From positions 71,150 to 135,149 of the forward strand of contig CAYUHE010000001.1 in NCBI GenBank assembly GCA_964444415.1: a stretch of 64,000 bases of DNA, read 5' to 3'. The notes under the pieces are model-generated. The model was not told where the DNA came from and searched no databases. It saw only the letters and a list, made by a program, of their open reading frames with translations. The translations under genes were made by a program, and so were the position numbers. Of the stretch, positions 40,111-50,092 are shown piece after piece. The stretch's first letter is position 1; every line of letters begins with the position of its first letter. The stretch is from an uncultured Gammaproteobacteria bacterium (GTDB taxonomy: Bacteria; Cyanobacteriota; Vampirovibrionia; Gastranaerophilales; CAJFVJ01).

Positions 40111-41496
40111 ATGAGTATAGATAATGCACTAGTCAAAAAAATAGAAAAAATATTTGGCAAAGACAACGTCTTGAGACAATTAGAAGATTGCTACCCATAC
40201 GCTTTTGATGTCATTGAACAAGGCGATAATGTCAGCATTCCTGATGTTGTAGTTTTCCCTGAAAACAAAGCACAAATTCAAGAAATAGTGAAATTTGCCG
40301 ACGAAAATAACCTTGCCATAATTCCACGCGGAGCTGGCACAAATCAAGTCGGCTCTTGCATCCCCGAAAAAAATGGCATCGTGATACATTTTTCCAAAAT
40401 GGATAAAATTCTGGAAATTGATGAAGCAAACTTAAATTGCACAGTTCAAACAGGTGCAATTATCGGAAATATTCAAAGCGAAGTCGAAAAAAAAGGATTA
40501 TTTTTCCCCCCTGACCCATCAAGCCTTGCCGTATCAACTATCGGAGGTGCTATAGCCCAATCGGCAAGCGGCCCAAGACATTTCAAATACGGCGGAACCA
40601 GAGACTACATTATTGATTTGGAAATAATCACCGCAACAGGCGAAATAATCCATACCAGCTCAAAAACACCCAAAAACGTTGCAGGATACAATCTTACACA
40701 ACTTTTTGTGGGATCTGAAGGCACTCTTGGAATAATCACCGAAGCCACGCTAAAATTGATTCCAAAGCCTGATGTACAAAGGGTCATGCTTGCATTTTTT
40801 GACAGCCTCGAAGACTCTGCGAACGCAGTTTCTTCAATAATAAAACATTGCCTACGACCATCCACTATTGATTTAATGGATGAAAAAACCATCGAAACAA
40901 TAGAAAAATTTTATCCGACAGGAATTTTGAGACTAGCACAAGCGTGCTTGATTATTGAAGTTGATGGCACAGAACTTGATGTTCAAGATCAAACCAAAAA
41001 AATAATTGCCGTTTGCAACGACCATAAAGCTTGCGAGATAAAATTCGCCCAAAATAAAGACGAATCAGACAAAATCTGGTTCGCTCGCAGACAGGCTTTC
41101 AGCTCTGTAGCCAAGTTAAATTTTGATATAGTAACCGAAGACATCGTTGTTCCACCAAGCAGACTTGTTGATATGGTCAAAAAAATCCAAGAAATTTCAA
41201 AAAAATATGGCCTGGTAATTACAATAATGGGGCATTCAGGCGATGGGAATTTGCATCCGAATTTTTCTTTGGACCTAAGAGATGAAGACCAAAAAAATCG
41301 CTACAAACTAGCAGAAAAAGAAATGTTTGACTATGTAATTGAGCTTGGCGGTACAATTGCAGGCGAACATGGCATAGGTTCTGCTAAGAAAAAATACATC
41401 GGCATGGTGAATTCTGAACTCAATCTTCAATTTATGAAAAAAATAAAAGAAGTTTTTGACCCGAAAAATATTTTTAACCCAGAGAAAATATTATGA
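40111..41496 (+). CDS. glcD: FAD-linked oxidase, glycolate/D-lactate dehydrogenase GlcD-like
   Basis: PRGAGT, PPDPSS, STIGG, KYG, GSEGTLG, GHSGDGNLH, GEHGIG. Confidence 0.85.
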   Translation: MSIDNALVKKIEKIFGKDNVLRQLEDCYPYAFDVIEQGDNVSIPDVVVFPENKAQIQEIVKFADENNLAIIPRGAGTNQVGSCIPEKNGIVIHFSKMDKILEIDEANLNCTVQTGAIIGNIQSEVEKKGLFFPPDPSSLAVSTIGGAIAQSASGPRHFKYGGTRDYIIDLEIITATGEIIHTSSKTPKNVAGYNLTQLFVGSEGTLGIITEATLKLIPKPDVQRVMLAFFDSLEDSANAVSSIIKHCLRPSTIDLMDEKTIETIEKFYPTGILRLAQACLIIEVDGTELDVQDQTKKIIAVCNDHKACEIKFAQNKDESDKIWFARRQAFSSVAKLNFDIVTEDIVVPPSRLVDMVKKIQEISKKYGLVITIMGHSGDGNLHPNFSLDLRDEDQKNRYKLAEKEMFDYVIELGGTIAGEHGIGSAKKKYIGMVNSELNLQFMKKIKEVFDPKNIFNPEKIL

Positions 41497-42653
41497 AAGA
41501 GTTTTTAGACTACAAAGATGAAATCTATACATGCTCAAGATGCGGTTTGTGCCAAAGTGTTTGCCCTGTTTATGAAGTTACAAAAAAAGAAACCATGGTT
41601 TCTCGAGGCTTTTTTTCGCTCCTGAACGGAATCGTAAAAGGTCATCTCAAATTCAACAAAAAAATCAGAAAAAATATCGATAAATGCCTCACTTGCAACA
41701 AATGTAAGGAATATTGCCCCTCAGGAATCGACGCTGAAAAAATTATGATTTCGGCAAAAATAGCCTCATACACTTACGCACCTTTATGGAAAAAACTTAT
41801 TTTAAGAGGTCTCTATTCGAAAAATTTTTTGAGATTAGCAAGCCTAATCAAACTATATTTATTTTTCCCAATCCTGAATTTCAGCAAAATCGGTAAAATT
41901 TTGTATGAATTTTTGAACCCAAACATCAAATACAAAAAACAAACCCCAACCAAAACCTCAAATTTGAAAGTGGTAATCTTCTCAGGATGCATAAACAACT
42001 ACTTCAATTCATCTTCTTTGAATGCAATAAAAATGATTTTGGAGCAAAACGGAATAAAATACACCATGCCCGACTTTGACTGCTGCACCATGCCCGCATA
42101 TAATATCGGCGATATCGATAATTTCAAAATATTTGCAGAAAAAAATCTCCTAAAAGTCGCTGATAATATAGATTACATCCTATTTGACTGTGCAACTTGC
42201 AAGAAAGCATTCAAAACTTATATCGAAGTACTGGATGGAAAAATACAACAAAAAGCTATAAATATTTTTAATAAATGTAAACACATTAATGAATTTTTGC
42301 TTGAACAAAATATTGCCCTGCCAAATATAGTTGAAAAAGCCTTTTATCACACGCCTTGCCACCTTGATTGCGAAGAAGCAACAAAAGAACTTATGCTAAA
42401 AATGAATATCGAAGTTGTACCATCAGAAAAACGCTGCTGCGGCTCTGCAGGACTGTTTTTTATAGAAAATATTAAGATTTCTAACACCCTTGCTACAAAA
42501 AAAGCTCAAGAAATCAATATTTCTGATGCAAAATTTGTTATGACAGATTGTCCATTATGTCGCCTTGGGCTAATAAAAGGTCTTGTTTTTGATAATTTTG
42601 ATAAAAAAATCTTCAATTTTGCAGAAACTATTGTTGAAAAATATAAAAATTGA
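41493..42653 (+). CDS. glcF: Fe-S oxidoreductase subunit GlcF-like (2x4Fe-4S plus CCG domains)
   Basis: CSRCGLCQSVCP, CLTCNKCKEYCPSG, FSGC, HTPCH, CCGSAG, CPLC. Confidence 0.82.
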   Translation: MKEFLDYKDEIYTCSRCGLCQSVCPVYEVTKKETMVSRGFFSLLNGIVKGHLKFNKKIRKNIDKCLTCNKCKEYCPSGIDAEKIMISAKIASYTYAPLWKKLILRGLYSKNFLRLASLIKLYLFFPILNFSKIGKILYEFLNPNIKYKKQTPTKTSNLKVVIFSGCINNYFNSSSLNAIKMILEQNGIKYTMPDFDCCTMPAYNIGDIDNFKIFAEKNLLKVADNIDYILFDCATCKKAFKTYIEVLDGKIQQKAINIFNKCKHINEFLLEQNIALPNIVEKAFYHTPCHLDCEEATKELMLKMNIEVVPSEKRCCGSAGLFFIENIKISNTLATKKAQEINISDAKFVMTDCPLCRLGLIKGLVFDNFDKKIFNFAETIVEKYKN

Positions 42654-42817
42654 TATTAAAGTGTTCAAAAACCGATATTTCGTTTTGTAAATTTTTGTAA
42701 ATTTACAATAATATTTGCGCTAAAAAGGTTCATAAAATCCATGTCTATACTTATTATAAGAAAATAAAGTATTTTTTCATTTTGCATTCGGTTAGACATT
42801 CCAAAAAAGGAGAACGT

Positions 42818-45544
42818 ATGAAAGTTTCAAGCATTGACACTCAAGCGAGGCTTAATTTTGCTACGAATAATTTGGCTAAATCCCAAAAAATTGATGACTC
42901 GCAAACCCCTAAACCTACTAGCATTGAAACAAGTACCCCTCCTATTGCCAAAACCGTACCGGTGAACTTTACTTCGATACATAGAATGAATAAACCTTCA
43001 GCGGTTATAACTTTTGGCGGAACAAAAAATAAAGACCAAGTTCTTTTTGTTGCTGCAGAACACTATGATCAAGTCGGCGGCGTTGCGACAGTTGTTAAAG
43101 ATTTTGAAACTTTTTCACCAAAAGAAAAAGAAATGATTTGGACTCCGTATTATAACGGTGAAGTTAAATATGATCCTAAAACAGGAAAAGAAACGGGTGA
43201 AGCAGCCGTTCTTAAAAAACCTGACGGAACACCTATTTATACCAAAATGGATTTAACCAAAAATTATCTTGAAGATGTATTAAAAGATAAAAAAAATTAT
43301 GTAGAACTTGAAAAAGTATCTGAAAAAATGATGCAATTTGCTGAAGATGATATAGAAATTGCACTTTATCGAGTCAAAGGAACAAATCATGGGATGGTCT
43401 TTACTAATTCTACTGCCAGAATGGCAAAGCCTTATGCTCAAATGGCAGGTAGCCATGGAGATGAAGGTCTTTATGCTTATTCCTCAGCAGGTGCGGCTCT
43501 GCCAAAAACTTGGAAAGGTGATCCTTATGCACAATTTAGTAAAGCAGTTACAGAACTTTTGCCTGAACTTGAAAAACAAGGATTTGCTCCTGAAACAGTA
43601 ATTTGTAACGATGCTCAAACTGCTTTTATACCTGAATTTATGGCTCAAAGAAGTAAATCTGGCGATGCTTATTATCAAGCAATGAAACCTACTTATGTCA
43701 CTCATAATTTAGGCAATGGCAGTTATACAGGCCCGACGAATTATCAAAATTTAGCAACTAGCTTTATGACAAAAGAACAAATCGCTGCGGTTAAAAAAGA
43801 TCCTGCATTTATTGAAGCAATTGTTGAAGGTGAAACGGAAAAATATTTTGCAAAATTAATGCCAGAAATTGAAGCAGCAAGTTTAGGCAACAGCCCAAAT
43901 GCAACATTGATACCTCTTCTTCATCGTAAAAACGATTATGTCAAAGCAATGACAACTGTTTCCGAAAATTATGCGGAACAAATAGCAACAAATCCTAAAA
44001 AATCTCCTCAAAGCGTCTATACTCTTTGGTCAAAACTTTATAAAGAGGGTAAAGTCGGTGGTATTTTAAATCCATGTAACAACCCCGCATTTACTATACA
44101 TGGACCACTAAACGGTCAACCTGGATATAGTAAGGCTCAGCAAGCACTCAATACTAATACTGCTACTGAAGAAACCATTCCTGCTTTTGAAATTCTTAAA
44201 AAAGATGCAACTTATGAAGAAATGAAAGCGGTTAAAAATAATAATAAAAAGAATTTATTCCACAGGCTAAATGGGACTTTCCATACTAAAGACATAGGAA
44301 ACATCATTGGCGGTGCATCTGATAAAACCACGAAGATAATTGGGTCTATAGACAAAAAATGGATTGACAAAATAGATAATGGTGAAAATGTAAAACTTTT
44401 TGTAAGTTGGGGCCGTGCCGATTTCCAAAAAGGTTTTGATATAGTCCTTGATTCTTTTGAAAAACTTACTGAAAAAATCGGAACAGAAAATTCTGTACTG
44501 GTATTTGGTGGTCCTCTAGGAAAAGATGCTGACTCAGAAAAAATTCGCGAAAAAGTCAAAACTATGCTTAAAGACGATAAATTTAAAGGCAGATTAGTTT
44601 TGATAGACGGATTTGCTCCAAATGCTCCATTATCAAGTGCCGCTGATTCTGCCGTTTTTGCTTCAAGATTTGAACCTTGCGGGCTTACTGATTTAGAAGC
44701 ATTAAGATTTTATTGTACGCCTGTAGTAACCAATACTGAAGGGTTATCTCAAAAGAACCCTGACCCTAGAATAGCAAGCGAAAAAGACATTGCCACATCA
44801 TACAAAACCACTAACGAATTTTATATGCATGATGAAATCCTAAAAACAAAAACACCTAAACTCACCGAAGTTTATGAAAAATTGGTAGCATATGAGAAAG
44901 CAGCTCTCCAATATAAAAAAGTAGACGCTAGCGTTATTGATACATTAGCAGCAGAAAATGTAAAGAATTCAACCATATATAAATATCTAGAAAAAACCTA
45001 TATTGATGATATTTTGTCCGATGAACTAGCAGAAGCAATGGCGGCAAATATTAATCAAACCGATGAAACTTCAAAATTAATTTATGAAAATCATAAAAAA
45101 CTTGATACAACTTGGGAAGGAAATGCAAAACTTCATCCTCACCCATCGAACAAATCTTCAAGACAACTGTATCAAGAAATTCATATTGATCCCACTCCTA
45201 CAAAAGCCGAGAAAACTTTATTCAATTTTGATAACAGCATAATGAATAAAATCAAAGATTCTACCGAAGAGACCTCTAAAAAAATCGGCAAAGAAATAGG
45301 AGAAGGATCGAAAAACTTCTGGAAACAGCATGGTGGTAAAGTCGGTATTGCAGCAGGAGCTGTAGTTGTAATAGGCGGCTTAGCTTCTTATTTCGCCAAG
45401 CCTAAAAACGCGTCGATAAACGCTGACGGTGACGCTTTTCAAAGAACTTCTCCAAATAAAAACAACAAAGTACAAAACAAACCTACAAATGCCTCAAATA
45501 AACATAATCAAGCTCAAAAACAACAAACTGCAAAAAGAGCTTAA
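42818..45544 (+). CDS. Divergent GT5 glycogen/starch synthase-like protein with F-x-G leader and C-terminal membrane anchor
   Basis: VLFVAAE...QVGGVATV, ICNDAQTA, THNL, TTVSENYAEQI, GILN, GRADFQKGFD, SRFEPCGL; TM GKVGIAAGAVVVIGGLASYF; start at ATG 42818 after AAGGAGA. Confidence 0.88.
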   Translation: MKVSSIDTQARLNFATNNLAKSQKIDDSQTPKPTSIETSTPPIAKTVPVNFTSIHRMNKPSAVITFGGTKNKDQVLFVAAEHYDQVGGVATVVKDFETFSPKEKEMIWTPYYNGEVKYDPKTGKETGEAAVLKKPDGTPIYTKMDLTKNYLEDVLKDKKNYVELEKVSEKMMQFAEDDIEIALYRVKGTNHGMVFTNSTARMAKPYAQMAGSHGDEGLYAYSSAGAALPKTWKGDPYAQFSKAVTELLPELEKQGFAPETVICNDAQTAFIPEFMAQRSKSGDAYYQAMKPTYVTHNLGNGSYTGPTNYQNLATSFMTKEQIAAVKKDPAFIEAIVEGETEKYFAKLMPEIEAASLGNSPNATLIPLLHRKNDYVKAMTTVSENYAEQIATNPKKSPQSVYTLWSKLYKEGKVGGILNPCNNPAFTIHGPLNGQPGYSKAQQALNTNTATEETIPAFEILKKDATYEEMKAVKNNNKKNLFHRLNGTFHTKDIGNIIGGASDKTTKIIGSIDKKWIDKIDNGENVKLFVSWGRADFQKGFDIVLDSFEKLTEKIGTENSVLVFGGPLGKDADSEKIREKVKTMLKDDKFKGRLVLIDGFAPNAPLSSAADSAVFASRFEPCGLTDLEALRFYCTPVVTNTEGLSQKNPDPRIASEKDIATSYKTTNEFYMHDEILKTKTPKLTEVYEKLVAYEKAALQYKKVDASVIDTLAAENVKNSTIYKYLEKTYIDDILSDELAEAMAANINQTDETSKLIYENHKKLDTTWEGNAKLHPHPSNKSSRQLYQEIHIDPTPTKAEKTLFNFDNSIMNKIKDSTEETSKKIGKEIGEGSKNFWKQHGGKVGIAAGAVVVIGGLASYFAKPKNASINADGDAFQRTSPNKNNKVQNKPTNASNKHNQAQKQQTAKRA

Positions 45545-45651
45545 ATTAAGATATATTAATTTTATTAAAACATCTTGAAAGTTTCATTTTAAAGTACTAA
45601 AATAGTTATAGTATTTCGCATTCTATTTAAAGTCTAAAAAAAGGAGAAAAT

Positions 45652-45996
45652 ATGAAGGTTTCTGGTATTAACAACCCAGCAAGGCTTAGTTTTGCATCAA
45701 AAAACACAGCCGCAAAAAATCCTGAAAAAAAATCTTCTTGTAATTTTTGCGGTAATGACTCAACAACAGTCGGGGCGGCCATAATAAGTGCCTCTGCCCT
45801 AATCGGATTCTTAATTTATCTTGGATTAGCTCCTCAAGGCAAAAAAGCTGCTACAAAAGAAGTTGATTCTTTTCAACTCCAACAAAAGACAGCTCCTTTC
45901 AGCCAAAATTCTGAAAAAAACTTGGCACTAAATAGACCCTCTAATAAACACTACCAAAGATTATTGAAAAAACAAGAAAGATTAAAAACCGCTTAA
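45652..45996 (+). CDS. Small single-TM protein paralogous to the leader and tail of the GT5 protein
   Basis: MKVSGINNPARLSFA vs MKVSSIDTQARLNFA; TM; DSFQ/DAFQ; SNKHYQ/SNKHNQ; AAGGAGA SD. Confidence 0.8.
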   Translation: MKVSGINNPARLSFASKNTAAKNPEKKSSCNFCGNDSTTVGAAIISASALIGFLIYLGLAPQGKKAATKEVDSFQLQQKTAPFSQNSEKNLALNRPSNKHYQRLLKKQERLKTA

Positions 45997-46748
45997 TTAA
46001 CAAGCGCCTTGTGCAAAATAATCCCTGCTGAAACAGCAATATTTAAAGATTCTACTTCATTTTGGAGTGGAATCTTTACGAATTCATGAACATATTCCAT
46101 AGCCTTGGATGACAAACCCTCCGCCTCAGAACCAAACATAATAACAACAGGCATATTAAAATTCACTTTATTCAAATCAATAGGCGACTTGGCAGGGTCT
46201 AAAATTGTCCCGATAAATTTATGATTGCGAAATTGATGCCTGATTTGTTCAAAATCATCATTATGCACAATCGGAATTTGGAACAAATTCCCTGTGGCAG
46301 AACGAATTACCTTGGGATTGTAAAGGTCAACACAATCGCCGCAAAGAACTATCAAATGCACTCCAAGAGCAGTAGCTGTGCGAATTATCGTACCCAAATT
46401 CCCTGGGTCTTTGATATTTTCTAAAAGCAAAACTGTTTTGCCGTTCAATTGTGTGAAATCATATTCTTTTTTCTTAGCCACTGCAATGATTTCAGGAGCA
46501 CTTTGAGTTGTTGATATTTTTTTCAAAATTGCTTCTGTTACCAAAAATTTTTCTTTTGCACTAAAAATTTCTTCCTCTAAAAAAAATAACTTTTCAATTT
46601 CAATCCCAGCTTTTATCGCCTCTTCTATTGGTTTTTTGCCTTCAAGCAAAAAAAGCCCAGTTTCATCTCGAAATTTTTTCTGCTCCAAAGCTGCCGCAAA
46701 TTTCACAACATCATTACTTATACTCGTAATTTTTACTGTTTCTGCCAT
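45993..46748 (-). CDS. TrmH/SpoU-family RNA methyltransferase
   Basis: IKDPGNLGTIIRTA, FGSEAEGL, ESLNIAVSAG. Confidence 0.92.
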   Translation of the reverse strand: MAETVKITSISNDVVKFAAALEQKKFRDETGLFLLEGKKPIEEAIKAGIEIEKLFFLEEEIFSAKEKFLVTEAILKKISTTQSAPEIIAVAKKKEYDFTQLNGKTVLLLENIKDPGNLGTIIRTATALGVHLIVLCGDCVDLYNPKVIRSATGNLFQIPIVHNDDFEQIRHQFRNHKFIGTILDPAKSPIDLNKVNFNMPVVIMFGSEAEGLSSKAMEYVHEFVKIPLQNEVESLNIAVSAGIILHKALVN

Positions 46749-48355
46749 ATTTTTACCTGCTCAATTTCATTTTCTGTAAGCATATTATAATTAATCAATT
46801 TTTCATCGAAAGGTGCCTTAGAAAGTGGTATTATCTTGTAATTTTCATCGATATAAACCACGCGTTCAATCCTTACGCCGAATTTGCCGTCTTTATACAA
46901 CCCTGGCTCAATGCTGAAGCACATATTAGGCTTCAAAATACACTCTCCGTGCTCTGAAGGAGTGATAAAGGGCGGATTTTCATGCACCAAAATGCCAATA
47001 CCATGCCCTGTGGAATGTGAAAATTTGAACCCTTCAAGAGCATTTTTTTCGACAATTTTGCGAACTGCCCAATCAAGTTTTTTGCCTGTAATATTTTTTG
47101 TCAATCTGCAATTTAAACCTGCCAAAAACCCTTTTAATACTGCAGTGTAAACTGTTTTATACTCAAGTGTCGGCTCATTTCCCACAAAAAATGTTTGCGT
47201 AATATCAGTTGCATAACCGCCGCTAAAATATCCTCCGCAATCAAGCAAAACAAGGGTATTATCAATAATTTTTTCAGAAGCAGCATTAAAATGAACACTC
47301 GATGTATCATCACCCGATGCCGCTATAGTCTTGAAACTCAATCCCTTTGCCCAATGGCGTTTAAACATTTTTTCAGTACGATTTTCAAGGTCAATTTGAG
47401 TTTTATTTGATTTATTTCTCATCCATCTTTGAACTTTTTTAATCACTTTATCAGTTTTTTTGAAACATTTTTTCAGATATTCGATTTCATTTTTATTTTT
47501 TATAGCCTTCATCTCGGCTATAGGGCTGCTTTTAACTTCTTTTAAATCATGATGCGCAACTGCTTTATAAGTTTGAAGGTTTATTGAAGATGTTATAATT
47601 TTGGTTTTTTGAGGAATTTTTAAATAATCCAAAAACTCTTCTTCAGGCAAAATTTCGAATTTTTTACCAATCTTGCCCCCAAATGCGCTGATTTTGCAAT
47701 TTGTAAAAATAATGCACTTTTCTCTTTCAACAACTGCCTTTGCCTTAAAACACGAACTATACGGAATAGAATTTGAGCGATAATTTGTCAAATAAGCAAT
47801 TTCATCTAATTTTGTCAAAATCAAAATATCGGTATTCATTTCATCTTGAATAAGACTAAGCTTTTTATCCGCACTCATTCCTGTATATTTTTCTTTCGCC
47901 TGATAGATATTTGCTTTTGATGAAAACGTAAAATCCTGAATGAAATCCTCATCAAACAAAATAAATTCGACATTTTTGAGCTCTTTTTGCATCTCACTAA
48001 AACCTAAATAGCTGATTTTTGAAGAAACCAGTCCAACTTTGACATGCCCTTTTTCATCCAAAATCTCAATTATAGCTTTTCTTTGAGACTGCGAAATATC
48101 AAGTTTTACAACATCTATAAGGCTTTGATGAACTTCATCATCAGCCTGCTTGTGGTATCTGCCATCCACAAACAAAAATGCGGAATCTACCCCTACCAAA
48201 ACATCGCCGGTAGAGCCTTTGAAGCCTGTTATATGATACCTTGAATTTTCGCAAAGAGGTACATATTCATTTAAATATTCATCCGTTGATGAAACTAAAA
48301 AATAATCGAGATTTTCTTGAACCATCAACCGTCTTAGATCGCTTAGCTTACTCAT
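46733..48355 (-). CDS. pepP: Xaa-Pro aminopeptidase (M24)
   Basis: DEYLNEY, TGFKGSTG, VDGRY, LDCGG...TDIT, HSTGHGIG..VHE, SIEPGLY, GVRIE. Confidence 0.88.
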   Translation of the reverse strand: MSKLSDLRRLMVQENLDYFLVSSTDEYLNEYVPLCENSRYHITGFKGSTGDVLVGVDSAFLFVDGRYHKQADDEVHQSLIDVVKLDISQSQRKAIIEILDEKGHVKVGLVSSKISYLGFSEMQKELKNVEFILFDEDFIQDFTFSSKANIYQAKEKYTGMSADKKLSLIQDEMNTDILILTKLDEIAYLTNYRSNSIPYSSCFKAKAVVEREKCIIFTNCKISAFGGKIGKKFEILPEEEFLDYLKIPQKTKIITSSINLQTYKAVAHHDLKEVKSSPIAEMKAIKNKNEIEYLKKCFKKTDKVIKKVQRWMRNKSNKTQIDLENRTEKMFKRHWAKGLSFKTIAASGDDTSSVHFNAASEKIIDNTLVLLDCGGYFSGGYATDITQTFFVGNEPTLEYKTVYTAVLKGFLAGLNCRLTKNITGKKLDWAVRKIVEKNALEGFKFSHSTGHGIGILVHENPPFITPSEHGECILKPNMCFSIEPGLYKDGKFGVRIERVVYIDENYKIIPLSKAPFDEKLINYNMLTENEIEQVKIWQKQ

Positions 48356-48367
48356 TTCACTCCCATT

Positions 48368-49849
48368 TTATAAAGAATTCAGATAATAAATAAATGCTCG
48401 AACGCCTGCGCCTGTAGGCCCTTTTGCAAGGCCTCTGATTTCTTTATCGCTAATTGCACACCCTGCAATATCAAGGTGAATCCAAGGAATATCTGTCACA
48501 AATTCCTTCAAAAACGCTGCCGCTGTCATAGTTCCTGCCAAACGACCGCCTGTGTTTTTCATATCCGCCACATCACTTTTAATGGCGGTAGTATGCTCTT
48601 CATACAAAGGCATTTGCCAAAAACGTTCCCCTGCTTGCGCTGCAGAAGCTGTCATTTTTTCAATCAAATCTTGGTTATTTCCGATAATTGCTGCGGCTTC
48701 TTGCCCAAGAGCCACACAACAAGCCCCTGTCAGGGTTGCTATATCAATTATTTCATCGACTTTCAAATCACAAGCATAACAAAGAGCATCTGCAAGGGTC
48801 AAACGACCTTCTGCATCGGTATTATCGACCTCAATCGTCTTTCCGTTCAACGCCGTCAAAATATCTCCTGGCCTGTAAGACGAACCTGATGGCATATTTT
48901 CAACTGCTGCAATAATTGCATGGATTTCAATGTCAAGATTCATTTCTTTTGCATAGTTCATAACACCCAAAACGCAAGCAGCGCCTGACATATCGCCCTT
49001 CATTTCTCTCATCGAAGAAGCGGGTTTAATATCAAGTCCACCACTATCAAAAGTCACGCCTTTACCAATGATTGCGACCTTTTTTCTGGGATTTTTCGGA
49101 ATATATTTCATATGAATAAATTTCGAATCATTTTCTGAACCGATTCCTACCGCATAAAAAGCCCCCATGCCCATTTTTAAGGCATCTTTACCCTCAAGCA
49201 CAGTTGCATCAATCCCTTTAATATTAAGAGCTATTTCAGCCAATTTTGCAGGATTGACAACCATTGCAGGCTCATTAATCAAATCTCTTGCAAAGTTCGT
49301 AGCATTAGCAACAATTTTGCCTTCTTTTACCCCAGCTTCAATTTGCGGGATTATTTCATTATTAATTTCAACAATAACAAACTCTTCTGCTGAGTCTGAT
49401 TTTTTTGTTTTATATTTTTCAAACTTGTATCCTCCGAGCAAAGTCCCTTCTGTTATTACTTTTGCGCACTCTTTTGGATCCAATCCGCCAATTCCTGCAC
49501 CATGCAAAATTGAACAGATTTTTTTGGCCTTCACTATCTTTTCGCACTTTTTGATAATTTTTGCACTCAACTCACGAAGTTTTGTTAAATCAAACTCTTT
49601 TTGCTCCCCAAGCCCTACCAATAGGACTTTTGAAGCTTTTATTTTACCGTAAGTCTGCAAGATATAAGTATCACCGAATTTGCCTTCAAATTTATCTTTA
49701 TTAATTACAAACTCACTAATCAACCCGCCTAAAGCCTCGTCTACTGCACCTGTAGCTCCTGAAGGTAATTTTATGCCTTTAAATAAATTCACAATGACTA
49801 CATCGCAATCTATCTCCGCCAAAGAGGCGTTTTTTACCCTAATTTCCAT
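48368..49849 (-). CDS. pepA: Leucyl aminopeptidase (M17)
   Basis: GKGVTFDSGG, MKGDMSGAA, NTDAEGRLTLAD, ATLTGA. Confidence 0.96.
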   Translation of the reverse strand: MEIRVKNASLAEIDCDVVIVNLFKGIKLPSGATGAVDEALGGLISEFVINKDKFEGKFGDTYILQTYGKIKASKVLLVGLGEQKEFDLTKLRELSAKIIKKCEKIVKAKKICSILHGAGIGGLDPKECAKVITEGTLLGGYKFEKYKTKKSDSAEEFVIVEINNEIIPQIEAGVKEGKIVANATNFARDLINEPAMVVNPAKLAEIALNIKGIDATVLEGKDALKMGMGAFYAVGIGSENDSKFIHMKYIPKNPRKKVAIIGKGVTFDSGGLDIKPASSMREMKGDMSGAACVLGVMNYAKEMNLDIEIHAIIAAVENMPSGSSYRPGDILTALNGKTIEVDNTDAEGRLTLADALCYACDLKVDEIIDIATLTGACCVALGQEAAAIIGNNQDLIEKMTASAAQAGERFWQMPLYEEHTTAIKSDVADMKNTGGRLAGTMTAAAFLKEFVTDIPWIHLDIAGCAISDKEIRGLAKGPTGAGVRAFIYYLNSL

Positions 49850-49964
49850 TATGAAACCTCGCAAAATCTAAAAACTATATCCCATTATTATACCGCTTTT
49901 TATTGTAAATTCAATGAAGCAAGTTGGAAAATCCAATTTCTACAAAATTGAGATTTTCTAATTT

Positions 49965-50032
49965 GCGACCTTCGAAGTGTGAACATATGCCTGACCTTGG
50001 TCAAGGGTTAGGCATATGTGAAACCGGACATC
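49965..50032 (+). repeat. Structured intergenic repeat, copy 5
   Basis: GCGACCTTCGAAGTGTGA ACATATGCCTGACC...GGTTAGGCATATGT GAAACCGGACATC. Confidence 0.65.
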
Positions 50033-50092
50033 TTGAGGATAGCTTTCTTTTCGCTTATAATAAAATCAAGAGAATAGACGGGTTTTAAAAAG

